Source of the DNA: Halorarum halobium
GTDB taxonomy: Archaea > Halobacteriota > Halobacteria > Halobacteriales > Haloferacaceae
Direction: 5' to 3'
NCBI RefSeq assembly: GCF_032116555.1
Contig: NZ_CP134949.1
Span: 1,860,001-1,924,000, forward strand
Length of the DNA: 64,000 nucleotides
Made by a program: the position numbers and the translations under genes. Positions 27,564-37,116 of the stretch are shown in pieces; position 1 is the stretch's first letter, and each line of letters begins with the position of its first letter. The notes under the pieces are model-generated. The model did not search any database. It was not told where the DNA came from and was given only the letters and a program-made list of their open reading frames with translations.

Positions 27564-27663
27564 GCCACCTCCTGGTCGGCACCGGGACAAATTCTTTCTG
27601 GCAGCTGTCACTGAATGATAACGAGTCGCAACCGTCTTGGTGGCCACGCCCACAGCATCGGGT

Positions 27664-28896
27664 ATGCTCCTCCGGGAACTCACGCTGGTCGACGGAGACG
27701 GCAGCAGACGGGGGGACCTCCGGGTCGCGGACGGCGAACTCGTCGCCGTCGGCGACCTCGAAGCGCGTGACGACGAGAGCGTCGTCGACCTTCCCGACGT
27801 CGTCGCCCTGCCGGGGCTCGTGGACGCACACGTCCACTTTTCCCTGTCGGGCGAACGGACCGTGGACGAGGTCGCGGCGATGGGCGACGCCGAACTCGCG
27901 CTGGTCGAGGCCCGAAACGCGCGGGCGACGCTCGAATCCGGCGTCACGGGCGTCCGAGCGATGGGCGCGCGGGACGTGGACGTCCGGGTGCGCGACCGCA
28001 TCGACGACGGCGACGTGCCGGGCCCACGCACGGTCGCCAACTGCCGCTCGATCACCGCCACGGGCGGTCACGGCCACCACCTCGGGCGGGAGATCACCGG
28101 CCCGACCGACGCCCGCCGCGCGGTCCGCGAGCAGTCGAAGCTCGGCGCGGAGTTCATCAAGTTCATGGTCACCGGTGGGGTGACGACCCCCGGAACGGAT
28201 CCGGACGCCGTCGCGCTCACCGACGCCGAACTCGACGCGCTCGTCGACGAGGCGAACCGGCACGGGATGCACACCGCGACCCACGCTCACGGCGCCGCCG
28301 GCGTGAAAGCCGCGGTGGGGGCGGGGGTCGACACGGTCGAACACGGGACGTTCCTCGACGGGGAGGCGATCGACCTCATGCTGGCCGGGGACGTGACGCT
28401 CGTCCCGACGCTTTCGGCACCGTATCACATCGTCCGGAACGTCGAGGCCGCGACCGAGGACGTCCGGCGAAAGACCGAGCACGTGTACGAGCGCCACATC
28501 GACTCGTTCCGCCGGGCCGTGGAGGCCGGCGTCCGAATCGCGGGCGGGACCGACGCGGGGACGCCGTTCAACATGCACGGCGGCAACGCGGCGGAGGTCG
28601 CGTTCATGAGCGAGTACGGAATGACGACGTCGGAGGCCATCGAGGCGATGACGGCCACGGCCGCCGACGTGATCGGTCTCGACGGACAGGGGACGCTCGA
28701 ACCGGGAACGGACGCGGACCTCCTGCTCTGTTCGACCGATCCCGTCGAGGACCCGACGGCGCTCAACGACCCGAGCGTCGTCATACAGGGCGGGGAAGTC
28801 GTCGCCGGCGGCGACCCGGAACTGCGTCGCGCCGTCGCCGACGCAGTCCGGGGCGAGGCCGACTCGGACCGGGAGCCCGTGACGACGCGACCCTAG
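27664..28896 (+). CDS. Amidohydrolase family protein (prolidase/imidazolonepropionase-like)
   Basis: PGLVDAHVH, IKFMVTGG, THAHG, VEHG, GGTDAG. Confidence 0.9.
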   Translation: MLLRELTLVDGDGSRRGDLRVADGELVAVGDLEARDDESVVDLPDVVALPGLVDAHVHFSLSGERTVDEVAAMGDAELALVEARNARATLESGVTGVRAMGARDVDVRVRDRIDDGDVPGPRTVANCRSITATGGHGHHLGREITGPTDARRAVREQSKLGAEFIKFMVTGGVTTPGTDPDAVALTDAELDALVDEANRHGMHTATHAHGAAGVKAAVGAGVDTVEHGTFLDGEAIDLMLAGDVTLVPTLSAPYHIVRNVEAATEDVRRKTEHVYERHIDSFRRAVEAGVRIAGGTDAGTPFNMHGGNAAEVAFMSEYGMTTSEAIEAMTATAADVIGLDGQGTLEPGTDADLLLCSTDPVEDPTALNDPSVVIQGGEVVAGGDPELRRAVADAVRGEADSDREPVTTRP

Positions 28897-29288
28897 TCGG
28901 GCACGGCGGTCCCGCCGTCGGTGGCGTCGAGCCATTCGTCCCGCAAGGGGAGCATCCTTCCTCCTCCGAAACCGACCCGTCTTCCTCCGTGAGCCGGTTC
29001 CGGTAGCGGCTCTCGCGTACGCCGCCGAGTCGCTCGAGTAGTTCGTGATCGCCCGTTCGCTCCTTCCGTTCTCGGGGTCGTGGCCGACGGTGACGACGTC
29101 GGGGGCGAGCCGGTCGAACTCGCTGTTCGACCAGGGCGGTCGCACGTTCGCCGGGGGAGCCCCGGCTTCCGAACCGCTTCCTGAGCCAGCGGTCCAAACA
29201 GACACGGTACGGTGCGGCGAGGTCGACGGAGTCGGGCGACCGGTGCTCGGACCTGAGCCGCTCCGTCTCGATGGCCGCCGGGAACGGG
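28893..29288 (-). pseudogene. Decayed RimJ/RimL-type GNAT gene, tandem paralogue of 29289-29924
   Basis: Fragments FPAAIETERLR, WLRKRFGSRGSPGERATALVE, FDRLAPDVVTVGHDPENGRSERAITNY, ERLGGVRESRYRN and RDEWLD occur in shifting frames and are colinear with the neighbour; no start codon. Confidence 0.8.
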
Positions 29289-29924
29289 CTACTCGTCGAG
29301 GTTCTCGACGAACCGCGCGACCGCCCCGTCGCCGACGGAATCGCGCCACTCTGCCTGCGACACCGAAAAGCGGAGGACGTCGCGAGGGTCCTCGCCGTCC
29401 GGGACGATCTCGTTCCGGAGGCGCCCCTCGCGGCGACCGCCCATCCGGTCGACGTACTTCTCGATGGCCCTCACCGACTGCTCGTTCTCCGGGAACACCG
29501 AGACGGCGAGCAGTTCGAGGTCGAGTCGGGCGAACGCGAGTTCGGCCAGCGCGAGCGCCCGTTCGCCCGAGTAGCCCCGACCCCAGAACGGCTTGCGGAG
29601 CCAGATGCCGAGCGTCCCGGTTCGTTTCTCCCAGTCGAGGTGGAGCCCGGTGTTGCCCGCGTACTCGCCCGCGCCGGCCTCGCCCTCGCGCGGGAACACG
29701 GCGTAGGCCGCGCTCTCGCGCTCCTCCCAGCCCTCCCGGAACCCCTCGAGCACGTCGTGTGACTCCTTCGGGTGCCGATGTGGCTGCCACGAGAGGAACT
29801 CGCACTCCTCGGCGACGGTGCCGCTCCGTCCCGCTCCGGCGTGTTCGTAGAACGCCAGCGGGTTGACGGCGGCGTCGTGGCGGTCGAGGCGGAGGCGATC
29901 GGTGAGGATGCGCTCGGGGAACAT
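29289..29924 (-). CDS. RimJ/RimL-type GNAT N-acetyltransferase
   Basis: MFPERILTDRLRL, GIWLRKPFWGRGYSGE, ENEQSVRAIEK. Confidence 0.9.
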   Translation of the reverse strand: MFPERILTDRLRLDRHDAAVNPLAFYEHAGAGRSGTVAEECEFLSWQPHRHPKESHDVLEGFREGWEERESAAYAVFPREGEAGAGEYAGNTGLHLDWEKRTGTLGIWLRKPFWGRGYSGERALALAELAFARLDLELLAVSVFPENEQSVRAIEKYVDRMGGRREGRLRNEIVPDGEDPRDVLRFSVSQAEWRDSVGDGAVARFVENLDE

Positions 29925-30082
29925 ACCGGGGTGGTCACGTCCGGGGACAAAAGACCTTCCTCGGGTGTGTCACGACGGGGCGCGGCGGGGGAGCAGTTAT
30001 CCGACGCCGCGTCGCCTCGGCGGTCCCGACACACGACCGCTCCGAGGTTTAAGTGTCATCACCCCCTACGCGACGGTGACGC

Positions 30083-30340
30083 ATGTCCGACATCACGCTG
30101 TACGAACTCGAAGGGTGCCCGTACTGTGCGAAGGTGAAGAACAAGCTCGCCGAACTCGACATCGACTACGACTCCGAGATGGTCCCCCGTTCACACGCCG
30201 AACGGACTGAAGTGGAGGAGGTGAGCGGGCAGACCGGCGTGCCCGTCATCGTCGACGAGGAACACGACGTGGACGGGATGGCCGAATCGGACGACATCGT
30301 CCGGTACCTCGAGGAGACATACGGGTCGGGTGCGGCGTAG
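30083..30340 (+). CDS. Glutaredoxin-like protein
   Basis: CPYC and QTGVPV; TTTAAG box upstream. Confidence 0.92.
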   Translation: MSDITLYELEGCPYCAKVKNKLAELDIDYDSEMVPRSHAERTEVEEVSGQTGVPVIVDEEHDVDGMAESDDIVRYLEETYGSGAA

Positions 30341-30362
30341 CGCGGAAACCGAAACCCGGGGC

Positions 30363-31349
30363 TCAGGCTTCCTGCGGTTCCTCTGAGCGCTCCCGGATGA
30401 GTTCGCGGACGCGCTCGGGGTCGTCCGTCTCGGCGAGTTCCTCGACGGAAACGATCGCGGTGCCGTCGAGCGACTCCCGCTTCGAGCGTTCCTCGGTGAA
30501 GTAGACCGCCCGCGTGCGGGTGACCCGCCCGAGCGAGGCCATCAGCCTGGCGCGCTTGGCGGCCGTCTTGGTGAACGACGAGTGGCCGGTGAGCAGCGTG
30601 AACGGGACCTCCGGCCGGTCGTCCTCCTCGGCGTTTTCGCTCACCGCCTTGAACGGCGCGCGCTGGGTGGGGTGGACGACGAAGCCCGCGCGCGAGAGCA
30701 CGGCGTGGACGTGTTCGTCGTCGGGGTCGACCGCCGGCGGCTCCGGGGTCGGGTCCGCCTCGCGGACCTCCTCTGCGCCCTCCATGACGTTCACCGGGTC
30801 CGAGAACGGGCGGTCGAACAGCTCCTCAAGCTGGACTGCGACCTCGACGGAGGCGTTCATCCCGTCCTCGTACTTGGCGACCGTGCGCCGGGAGACGCCG
30901 AGTTCGTCGGCCAGGCGGCCGAGGCTCCAGTCGCGCTCCTTTCGCTCGTCCGCGACGAGGCTGCCGTCGATGTTGACGTAGAGGCCCCCTGGCGCGGCGT
31001 AGATGAGCGGCGGCACCTCCTCGACGAGCAGGTCGTACAGCGTGTCGGGGTGGATGGCCGGCACGCCGTGTCGGAAGTACACGACGCCCGGATTGATGTC
31101 CTCGTCGCGGGTCCGGAGCCCGACCACCATCGGCGTCGCCGAGAGGTAGCTGCCGAGCCGACGCATCTCCGCGCCGGTCGGGCCGTCGAAGGCGTCGACG
31201 TTGCCGAGCACTTTCAGGAGGAGCAGGTCCTCGCCGCGACGGGCCGCCAGGTCGAAGCTCTTGGGTCGAACCGAACAGCGCTCGCTGACGAGGAACCCAG
31301 CGTCGCTGAGCATGGCCGTGACGTTGCCGACCACCGCCGTTCGGGACAT
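30363..31349 (-). CDS. Conserved archaeal Cro/C1-type HTH transcriptional regulator
   Basis: SFDLAARR N-domain; [24 protein letters not shown]; divergent from tiaS. Confidence 0.88.
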   Translation of the reverse strand: MSRTAVVGNVTAMLSDAGFLVSERCSVRPKSFDLAARRGEDLLLLKVLGNVDAFDGPTGAEMRRLGSYLSATPMVVGLRTRDEDINPGVVYFRHGVPAIHPDTLYDLLVEEVPPLIYAAPGGLYVNIDGSLVADERKERDWSLGRLADELGVSRRTVAKYEDGMNASVEVAVQLEELFDRPFSDPVNVMEGAEEVREADPTPEPPAVDPDDEHVHAVLSRAGFVVHPTQRAPFKAVSENAEEDDRPEVPFTLLTGHSSFTKTAAKRARLMASLGRVTRTRAVYFTEERSKRESLDGTAIVSVEELAETDDPERVRELIRERSEEPQEA

Positions 31350-31507
31350 GATGTATGGTAAGTCAACGCGCCCATATATGCGTTGTGCCGCGCTGGTCCC
31401 ACCTGTTCCCGACGCCGTCCTGCCTTCGCGGCGTTCCGTCGGCGGTACGACTAAATACGAGTAATCGACGCGAAAGCCCCATGCCCGACCGCCGTCTCAC
31501 TCCGTCC

Positions 31508-32836
31508 GTGACGGTCATCGGCCTCGACGACACGGACTCCCGTACGGCGGGGATGTGCACCACGTACCTCGCCGCGCTCGTCGCCGAAGCCATCGCTGAC
31601 GCGGGCGGCGCAGTCGAGCGCCGCGTCCTCGTCCGCCTGAACCCCGCCGTCGAGCACAAGACCCGCGGCAACGCCGCCCTCGCGGTTCACGCCGACGTCG
31701 CCGCCGACCGCGCGTTCGAGATCGCGGCCGACCTCGTCGACGAGTACGCCGTCGCCGAGGACGCACGGACCAGTCCGGGTCTCGTCGTCGCCGACGCGGA
31801 CCCCGAGTCGATCCCCGACCGAGTCGCCGAGTTCTCGCGGGCGGCGGTTCGGCGACGTCACGACCTGCCCGACGCGCTCGAACTGGCTGACGACGCCGGC
31901 TTCCGCCACCGCGGCTGGGGAGCGAAGACCGGAGACGGGACGCCGGGGCGCGGCCGGATCGGCGCCCTCGCGGCCGTCGGTGCCTGGCCGGCCATCGCCG
32001 ACCGAACGGTCGAGCACATCAGCTACCGCGAGTTCGACCGCTGCGGGACGCCACGCGACGTCGACGTCGATTCCGCGTTCGCGGCCGCCGACCGGGAGTA
32101 TCCGGACGCCTGGGACACCGTGGACCGCGGGACCGACGAAGCCGTCTGCGTGCCGAACGCGCCCGGCCCGATCCTCTTCGGCGTCCGCGGGGACGACGAC
32201 GACGCTGTACGACGGGTCGCGGACGGCATCGACGCCGAACCCGTCGAGCGGACCGCGCTGTTCCACACGAACCAGGGAACCGACGCCCACCTCGCCGACG
32301 CCGGCCTCCACGAGGTCCGGGACGGACGGGGCTACCGAGTGACGGGCGAGGTCGTCGAGGCGCCGGAGACGCGACGGGGCGGCCACGTGTTTCTCACGCT
32401 CGGCAGCGGCCGTCCCGCCGGCGCGTCCGACGGCGATGACGGGGGGGACACCGTCGAACTCGACTGCGTCGCGTTCGCGCCGACCGGTCGGTTCCGCTGG
32501 CACGTTCGGAAGCTGATCGAGGGCGATCGCGTCACCGCCTGCGGGGAGGTCGACGAGGGGACGCTGAAACTGGAGAAGTTCGCGGTCCGCTCGCTCGTCG
32601 AAACGGAGCGGGTCGTCCCGTCGTGTCCCGACTGCGACCTCTCGATGGAGTCAGCGGGCGCGGACCAGGGCTACCGATGTCAGGACTGCGGGACGGCGCG
32701 CGCGGGGAAGGTGGAACGGGACCGGCCCCGCGAACTCGAACTCGGCTGGTACGAGGTCCCGCCGACCGCACGACGACACGTTTCGAAACCCCTGATCCGC
32801 GGCGGCTTCGACGCGCCGACCCACCCCGAGCGATGA
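31508..32836 (+). CDS. tiaS: tRNA(Ile2) agmatidine synthetase
   Basis: IGLDDTDS..GMCTTY, LVRLNP...KTRGN, TNQGTD, OB fold, C-terminal CPDC...CQDC ribbon. Alternative start at ATG 31481. Confidence 0.95.
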   Translation: MTVIGLDDTDSRTAGMCTTYLAALVAEAIADAGGAVERRVLVRLNPAVEHKTRGNAALAVHADVAADRAFEIAADLVDEYAVAEDARTSPGLVVADADPESIPDRVAEFSRAAVRRRHDLPDALELADDAGFRHRGWGAKTGDGTPGRGRIGALAAVGAWPAIADRTVEHISYREFDRCGTPRDVDVDSAFAAADREYPDAWDTVDRGTDEAVCVPNAPGPILFGVRGDDDDAVRRVADGIDAEPVERTALFHTNQGTDAHLADAGLHEVRDGRGYRVTGEVVEAPETRRGGHVFLTLGSGRPAGASDGDDGGDTVELDCVAFAPTGRFRWHVRKLIEGDRVTACGEVDEGTLKLEKFAVRSLVETERVVPSCPDCDLSMESAGADQGYRCQDCGTARAGKVERDRPRELELGWYEVPPTARRHVSKPLIRGGFDAPTHPER

Positions 32837-32857
32837 CGGCACCGCCGCCGGCGAGCG

Positions 32858-33379
32858 TCAGTCGAAGTGGCCGCTCGCCTCCCACAGCAGGTCGCCGTCG
32901 AGCGGGGCGACGCCACTCTCCGTCCCGACGAACCAGTCCGGTACGGCAAAGCGCGCGTCGCTCACTTCCCGGCCGGCGGTCGGGTCGCCCTCCGTGTCCG
33001 ACCGGCGGACGACGTACCTGATCGCCACGACGCCCGTGCCGCCGCGTTCGACGTGGTCGGTGCGGAGCAGTTCCAGGTCCTCGACGTCGACGCTGACGCC
33101 CGTCTCCTCCCGGAGTTCCCGGGCCGCGCCGACGGCCGGCGGCTCGTCGTACTCAATGTTGCCGCCCGGGATCCCCCAGGTCCCGAAGTCGGGCTCGGTC
33201 GCGCGCTCGACGAGGAGCACGCGCTCGCCGTCGGCGACCGCGACGCCGGCGACGGGCTTGCTGTTCTGCCAGACGACGCGGTCGCAGTCGGGACAGTGCC
33301 GGCGGTCGCGGTTCTCGACGCGCACCCGGTCGAGTTCCGTCCCGCAGACCGGACAGTGGTCCCCGGGGACCGTGATCAC
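32858..33379 (-). CDS. NUDIX hydrolase with N-terminal zinc ribbon
   Basis: CPVCG...CPDC and Nudix box GGNIEYDEPPAVGAARELREETG. Confidence 0.9.
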   Translation of the reverse strand: MITVPGDHCPVCGTELDRVRVENRDRRHCPDCDRVVWQNSKPVAGVAVADGERVLLVERATEPDFGTWGIPGGNIEYDEPPAVGAARELREETGVSVDVEDLELLRTDHVERGGTGVVAIRYVVRRSDTEGDPTAGREVSDARFAVPDWFVGTESGVAPLDGDLLWEASGHFD

Positions 33380-33471
33380 GAGTCGTCACCCGAGGCCCGG
33401 CGCATACCATCCCCTGACGGTCGGAGCGAGCGGCTCATCAGCGGTCCCGTCGGGTGCCGCCGCCGAAAAGG

Positions 33472-34557
33472 CTACTTCTTCAGGCCGCTCCCGGTGAGCG
33501 GCACGACCACGTCGTCCCCGCGGTCGAGGACCCCGCGGTCGCGGTACTCGGCCAGGGCCGCGGGCGCGACCGCCGACGTCGGCTCCACGTAGAAGCCCGC
33601 CGAACGCAACCGGTCGAGTTCGCGTTCGACGGGGCCGGAACCGAGCGCGATGGCGTCGCCGTCGGTGTCCTCGATGGCGTCCAGGATCTGCCCCTTCCGA
33701 ACCGGGTCGTCGATCCGGATGCCGTCGGCCGCGTCGTTCTCGCCGGCGACCGCGTCGGTCCCGTGGAGTTCCGCCGCGATGGGTGCGTGACCCGCCGCCT
33801 GCGCGCCGAACAGCCGCGGCATCGAGTCGGTCCAGCCGGCGTCCCGCAGCGCCCGGAACCCGCGATACGCGCCGAGGAACAGCGTGCCGTGCCCGAGCGG
33901 GAGCACCACGGCGTCGGGGACTGCCCAGTCGCGCTGGAGCGCCGTCTCGTATGCGAACGTCGCGGTACCCGCGAAGAACGCGGGGTTCCAGGCGTGGCTG
34001 GCGTACCAGCCGTCGCCCGCTTCCACCGCCTCGATGCAGGCCTCGGTCGTCGCCCGCCGCGGCCCCTCGGTCTTCACCGGCCTCGCGCCCGCACGGCGGA
34101 TGGCGCGCAGTTTCGCGTCGGTCACCGACGCCGGGACGTAGATGTCGGCGTCGATTCCGGCCCTCGCCGCGTAGGTGGCGATGGCGGCACCGGCGTTCCC
34201 CGAGGAGTCCTCGACGAGCGTGTCGACCCCGAGCGCGGCCGCGCGCGAGACGGTCACGGTCGCGCCGCGGTCCTTGAACGACCCCGACGGGAACACGTAC
34301 TCCAGCTTGAATCCCGCGTCCCAGTCCGTGGCGTCGACGAGGGGGGTCATCCCTTCACCCAGCGTCGCCGCCGGCGACTCGGGGATGAACGCCGAGAAGG
34401 ACCAGAGCCCGTCGCGGGCGTCGAACGACGCCGGGTCCGGCGCGGGGCCGTCGGGGAGCGGTCGGTCGGCGTACTCCAGCGGCTGGCCGCACTCGCAGCG
34501 CCAGCGGTCGGCGTACTCGGTGCCGCAGGCGGGACAGCGGAGCGGCGGAGCGGTCAT
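33472..34557 (-). CDS. thrC: Threonine synthase-like PLP enzyme
   Basis: LGEGMTP, PSGSFKDRG (PLP Lys), DSSGNAG, LTGSGLK. True substrate uncertain. Confidence 0.8.
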   Translation of the reverse strand: MTAPPLRCPACGTEYADRWRCECGQPLEYADRPLPDGPAPDPASFDARDGLWSFSAFIPESPAATLGEGMTPLVDATDWDAGFKLEYVFPSGSFKDRGATVTVSRAAALGVDTLVEDSSGNAGAAIATYAARAGIDADIYVPASVTDAKLRAIRRAGARPVKTEGPRRATTEACIEAVEAGDGWYASHAWNPAFFAGTATFAYETALQRDWAVPDAVVLPLGHGTLFLGAYRGFRALRDAGWTDSMPRLFGAQAAGHAPIAAELHGTDAVAGENDAADGIRIDDPVRKGQILDAIEDTDGDAIALGSGPVERELDRLRSAGFYVEPTSAVAPAALAEYRDRGVLDRGDDVVVPLTGSGLKK

Positions 34558-34627
34558 GGCGGTGGCTCGTGTCGGAGCGAACCAGTAGGTGACGGTTCAG
34601 GCTCGGGCAGCCGAATCCGGCATTCGA

Positions 34628-34775
34628 CGAGCGACCGAGTCGGTTCTCCGTGAACGAGGCGTGGCGAAGCCACGCCGAGCGACCGAGCGGCATTTTGCAC
34701 GGACGGTGGTTGGGGGGTCCGGCCGCAGCGCGTCGACTCCGCCGACGCGCGAGGAGATGGCCCCGAAAGGAGGTT
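34628..34775. repeat. Second structured intergenic element (two 8-bp hairpins, 12-nt direct repeat)
   Basis: GGCGTGGC-GAA-GCCACGCC (34658-34676); GCGCGTCG-N7-CGACGCGC (34728-34750) flanked by CCGCA and GAGG; CGAGCGACCGAG at 34628 and 34676. Confidence 0.55.
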
Positions 34776-34791
34776 CCCGCGAGCGGTCCGT

Positions 34792-35751
34792 TCAGAACTG
34801 GTCGACGTCGGTCCCGACCGAGCAGACGTACTCGCCGGTCGCGACCTGGGGCAGGCGACGCGTCCGCCAGAACACGCCGTCGCTGTCGGCGGTGACGCGA
34901 CCCTTGACGGTGCCGAACGGGTCGCTCACCTCGAACAGGCTGTCGCCCGACTCGACGCGCTCGCCCAGTTCCGCCTCGAAGGTGACCAGTCCCCCGGAGG
35001 GCGACCCGTACTGGTCGAAGCCGTGTGCGCGGGTCTGCTTCGAGAGGGACACGTCGCCGTCGAGGAAGCCGTAGAACCGGAGGACGCGGAACATCCCCTC
35101 GACGCCGCGCTGGATGCTGGACTCGTCCCAGCCGACCGCGCCGCCGAGTTCGGGGTCGATGGTGGGAATGCCCTCGTCGGGAGCGACGCGGGCGAGCTGG
35201 CCGTCCGGGCCCTTCTGGTCGAGGACGTGGCCGACGCCGAACGCCTTGGCGAGTTCGAGACACTCGCGGTGGAGGCCGTGGCGGGGGCCACACCGGACCC
35301 TGACCTCGTCGATCATCCGGCTGGTCGACCCCTGGTGGAGGTCGACGACGAGGTCCGCGCGCCCTGCGACCTCGAACGTCGCGGCGGCGATGCGCTCGGA
35401 GGAGGTCCCGTTCGCGTCGCCGGGGTACGCCCGGTTCATCTTCGTGTCGTCGATGGGGTTGCGGTGCTCGGCGACCTGGAACGCGTGGTAGTTGACGATG
35501 CCGACGACGAGGATCTCGCCCGCGAGTTCCGTCGGGTCGACCCCCGGCACGAACCGGTTGAGGACGCCGAGGCCGTTGAGTTCGTCGCCGTCGCTGACCG
35601 CCTGCACGTACAGCGTCTTGCCGTCCGCGGCGCCGTTGAGCACCGCGACGGGGAGCCCGACCGTCGAGCCGTCCCGGGTCTCGCCGACCTCGAGCCGGCC
35701 CGTGTCGAACTCCCCGGGGGCCGCGCTCGCGGTCCCGAGCGTGGTTGCCAT
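34792..35751 (-). CDS. Succinylglutamate desuccinylase/aspartoacylase family protein
   Basis: SDGDELNG, MNRAYPG, VDLHQG, PELGG, C-terminal biotinyl-like barrel; start re-set to ATG 35751. Confidence 0.88.
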   Translation of the reverse strand: MATTLGTASAAPGEFDTGRLEVGETRDGSTVGLPVAVLNGAADGKTLYVQAVSDGDELNGLGVLNRFVPGVDPTELAGEILVVGIVNYHAFQVAEHRNPIDDTKMNRAYPGDANGTSSERIAAATFEVAGRADLVVDLHQGSTSRMIDEVRVRCGPRHGLHRECLELAKAFGVGHVLDQKGPDGQLARVAPDEGIPTIDPELGGAVGWDESSIQRGVEGMFRVLRFYGFLDGDVSLSKQTRAHGFDQYGSPSGGLVTFEAELGERVESGDSLFEVSDPFGTVKGRVTADSDGVFWRTRRLPQVATGEYVCSVGTDVDQF

Positions 35752-35912
35752 TACACGCGTTCTCACACCGGCCCGCCTTGAGGGGTTCGGTCCGCGAACG
35801 GGGTCGCCCGAGGGAAGCCCACTCCGCGGGTCAGCCGCCCGCGTGATCCTGGCGTCGGGCAGTCCCGATCGACCGCCGGGATTCAAGCCGACGGCGACGC
35901 CAGTTCGACCCG

Positions 35913-37007
35913 ATGGTCGACATCGACGACCGCGAGATGCGGCTCGACCGGTACCTCGAATCCGACGGCTACGACGCGGTCTGGTTCGCGCGCCCGAACG
36001 CGTTCGCCTGGGCGACCGGCGGGCGTAACTGGGTCGACGCGGCGGCGGACGTGGGCGACGCGGCGGTCGGCTACCTCGGTGACGGCGAGTGGACGGTCGT
36101 CACGAACAACATCGAGGCCGAACGCATCGCCGCCGAGGAGCTCCCCGCGGAGCTGTCGATGAGCGTCGCGGCCGACGACTGGTACGAGGCGGGGCTGGCC
36201 GACTCCGTCGCCGCCCGCTCGCCGACGCCCGCGGCCGCCGACTTCGACGTGCCCGGCCTCGACACGGTGAACTCCATGCGCCTTCGGCTCCGCCTCGCCG
36301 CGGAGGACCTCCGCCGGTACCGGGAACTCGGACGCGAGGCCGCGCTCGCGCTGGAAACCGTCTGCCGGGAACTCGAACCGGGAGACACCGAGCACGAGGT
36401 GGCCGCGGGGCTCCGCATCTCGCTCGCGTCACGGAACATCGACGCGCCGGTCGTCCTCGTCGGCGGCGGCGAGCGCGCACCCGAGTACCGGCACCCGACG
36501 CCGACCGACGCCGCGCTCGGCGACTACGCGGTCGTCATCGTCACCGCCCGGCGCGCGGGGCTCCACGCGTCGCTGACCCGGACGGTCGCGTTCGATCCGC
36601 CCGAGTGGTTGGCCGAGCGCCACGTCGCCGCCCAGCGCGTCGAGGCGAGTGCGCTGGCTGCGACCCGGGCGGCCGCACGGAGGGGGGGAACCGCCGGCGA
36701 CGTGTTCGCGGAGATCCGGGACGCCTACGCCGACGAGGGGTTCGAGGGCGAGTGGCGGCGCCACCATCAGGGCGGCGCGACCGGCTACGCGGGGCGCGAG
36801 TGGTTCGCGTCCCCCGGAAGCGACGCGCCGGTCGTCCCCGGGGCGGCCTACGCCTGGAACCCCACGGTACGGGGGGCAAAGAGCGAGGACACCGCGTACG
36901 TGACCGCCGACGAAGTCGAGGTGCTGACCGACACGGGGCGCTGGCCCACGGACACGGTCGAGGTCGACGGCCTGACGCTCGAACGGCCCTCGGTGCTTGA
37001 ACCGTAG
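35913..37007 (+). CDS. M24 (Xaa-Pro peptidase/creatinase fold) family protein
   Basis: YRHP, SLTRT, HHQGG..GY..RE, AWNPT..GAKSEDT. Confidence 0.8.
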   Translation: MVDIDDREMRLDRYLESDGYDAVWFARPNAFAWATGGRNWVDAAADVGDAAVGYLGDGEWTVVTNNIEAERIAAEELPAELSMSVAADDWYEAGLADSVAARSPTPAAADFDVPGLDTVNSMRLRLRLAAEDLRRYRELGREAALALETVCRELEPGDTEHEVAAGLRISLASRNIDAPVVLVGGGERAPEYRHPTPTDAALGDYAVVIVTARRAGLHASLTRTVAFDPPEWLAERHVAAQRVEASALAATRAAARRGGTAGDVFAEIRDAYADEGFEGEWRRHHQGGATGYAGREWFASPGSDAPVVPGAAYAWNPTVRGAKSEDTAYVTADEVEVLTDTGRWPTDTVEVDGLTLERPSVLEP

Positions 37008-37116
37008 CCGGACCGCGAGCGGCGTGGCAGCGTTCGAAGGGGTCCGTTTCGACCGGGAATCGCGTCCCCACGGCGCGAGGGGAAGCTTCATTGTGCCGTG
37101 GTGAACGTCTGTAAAC

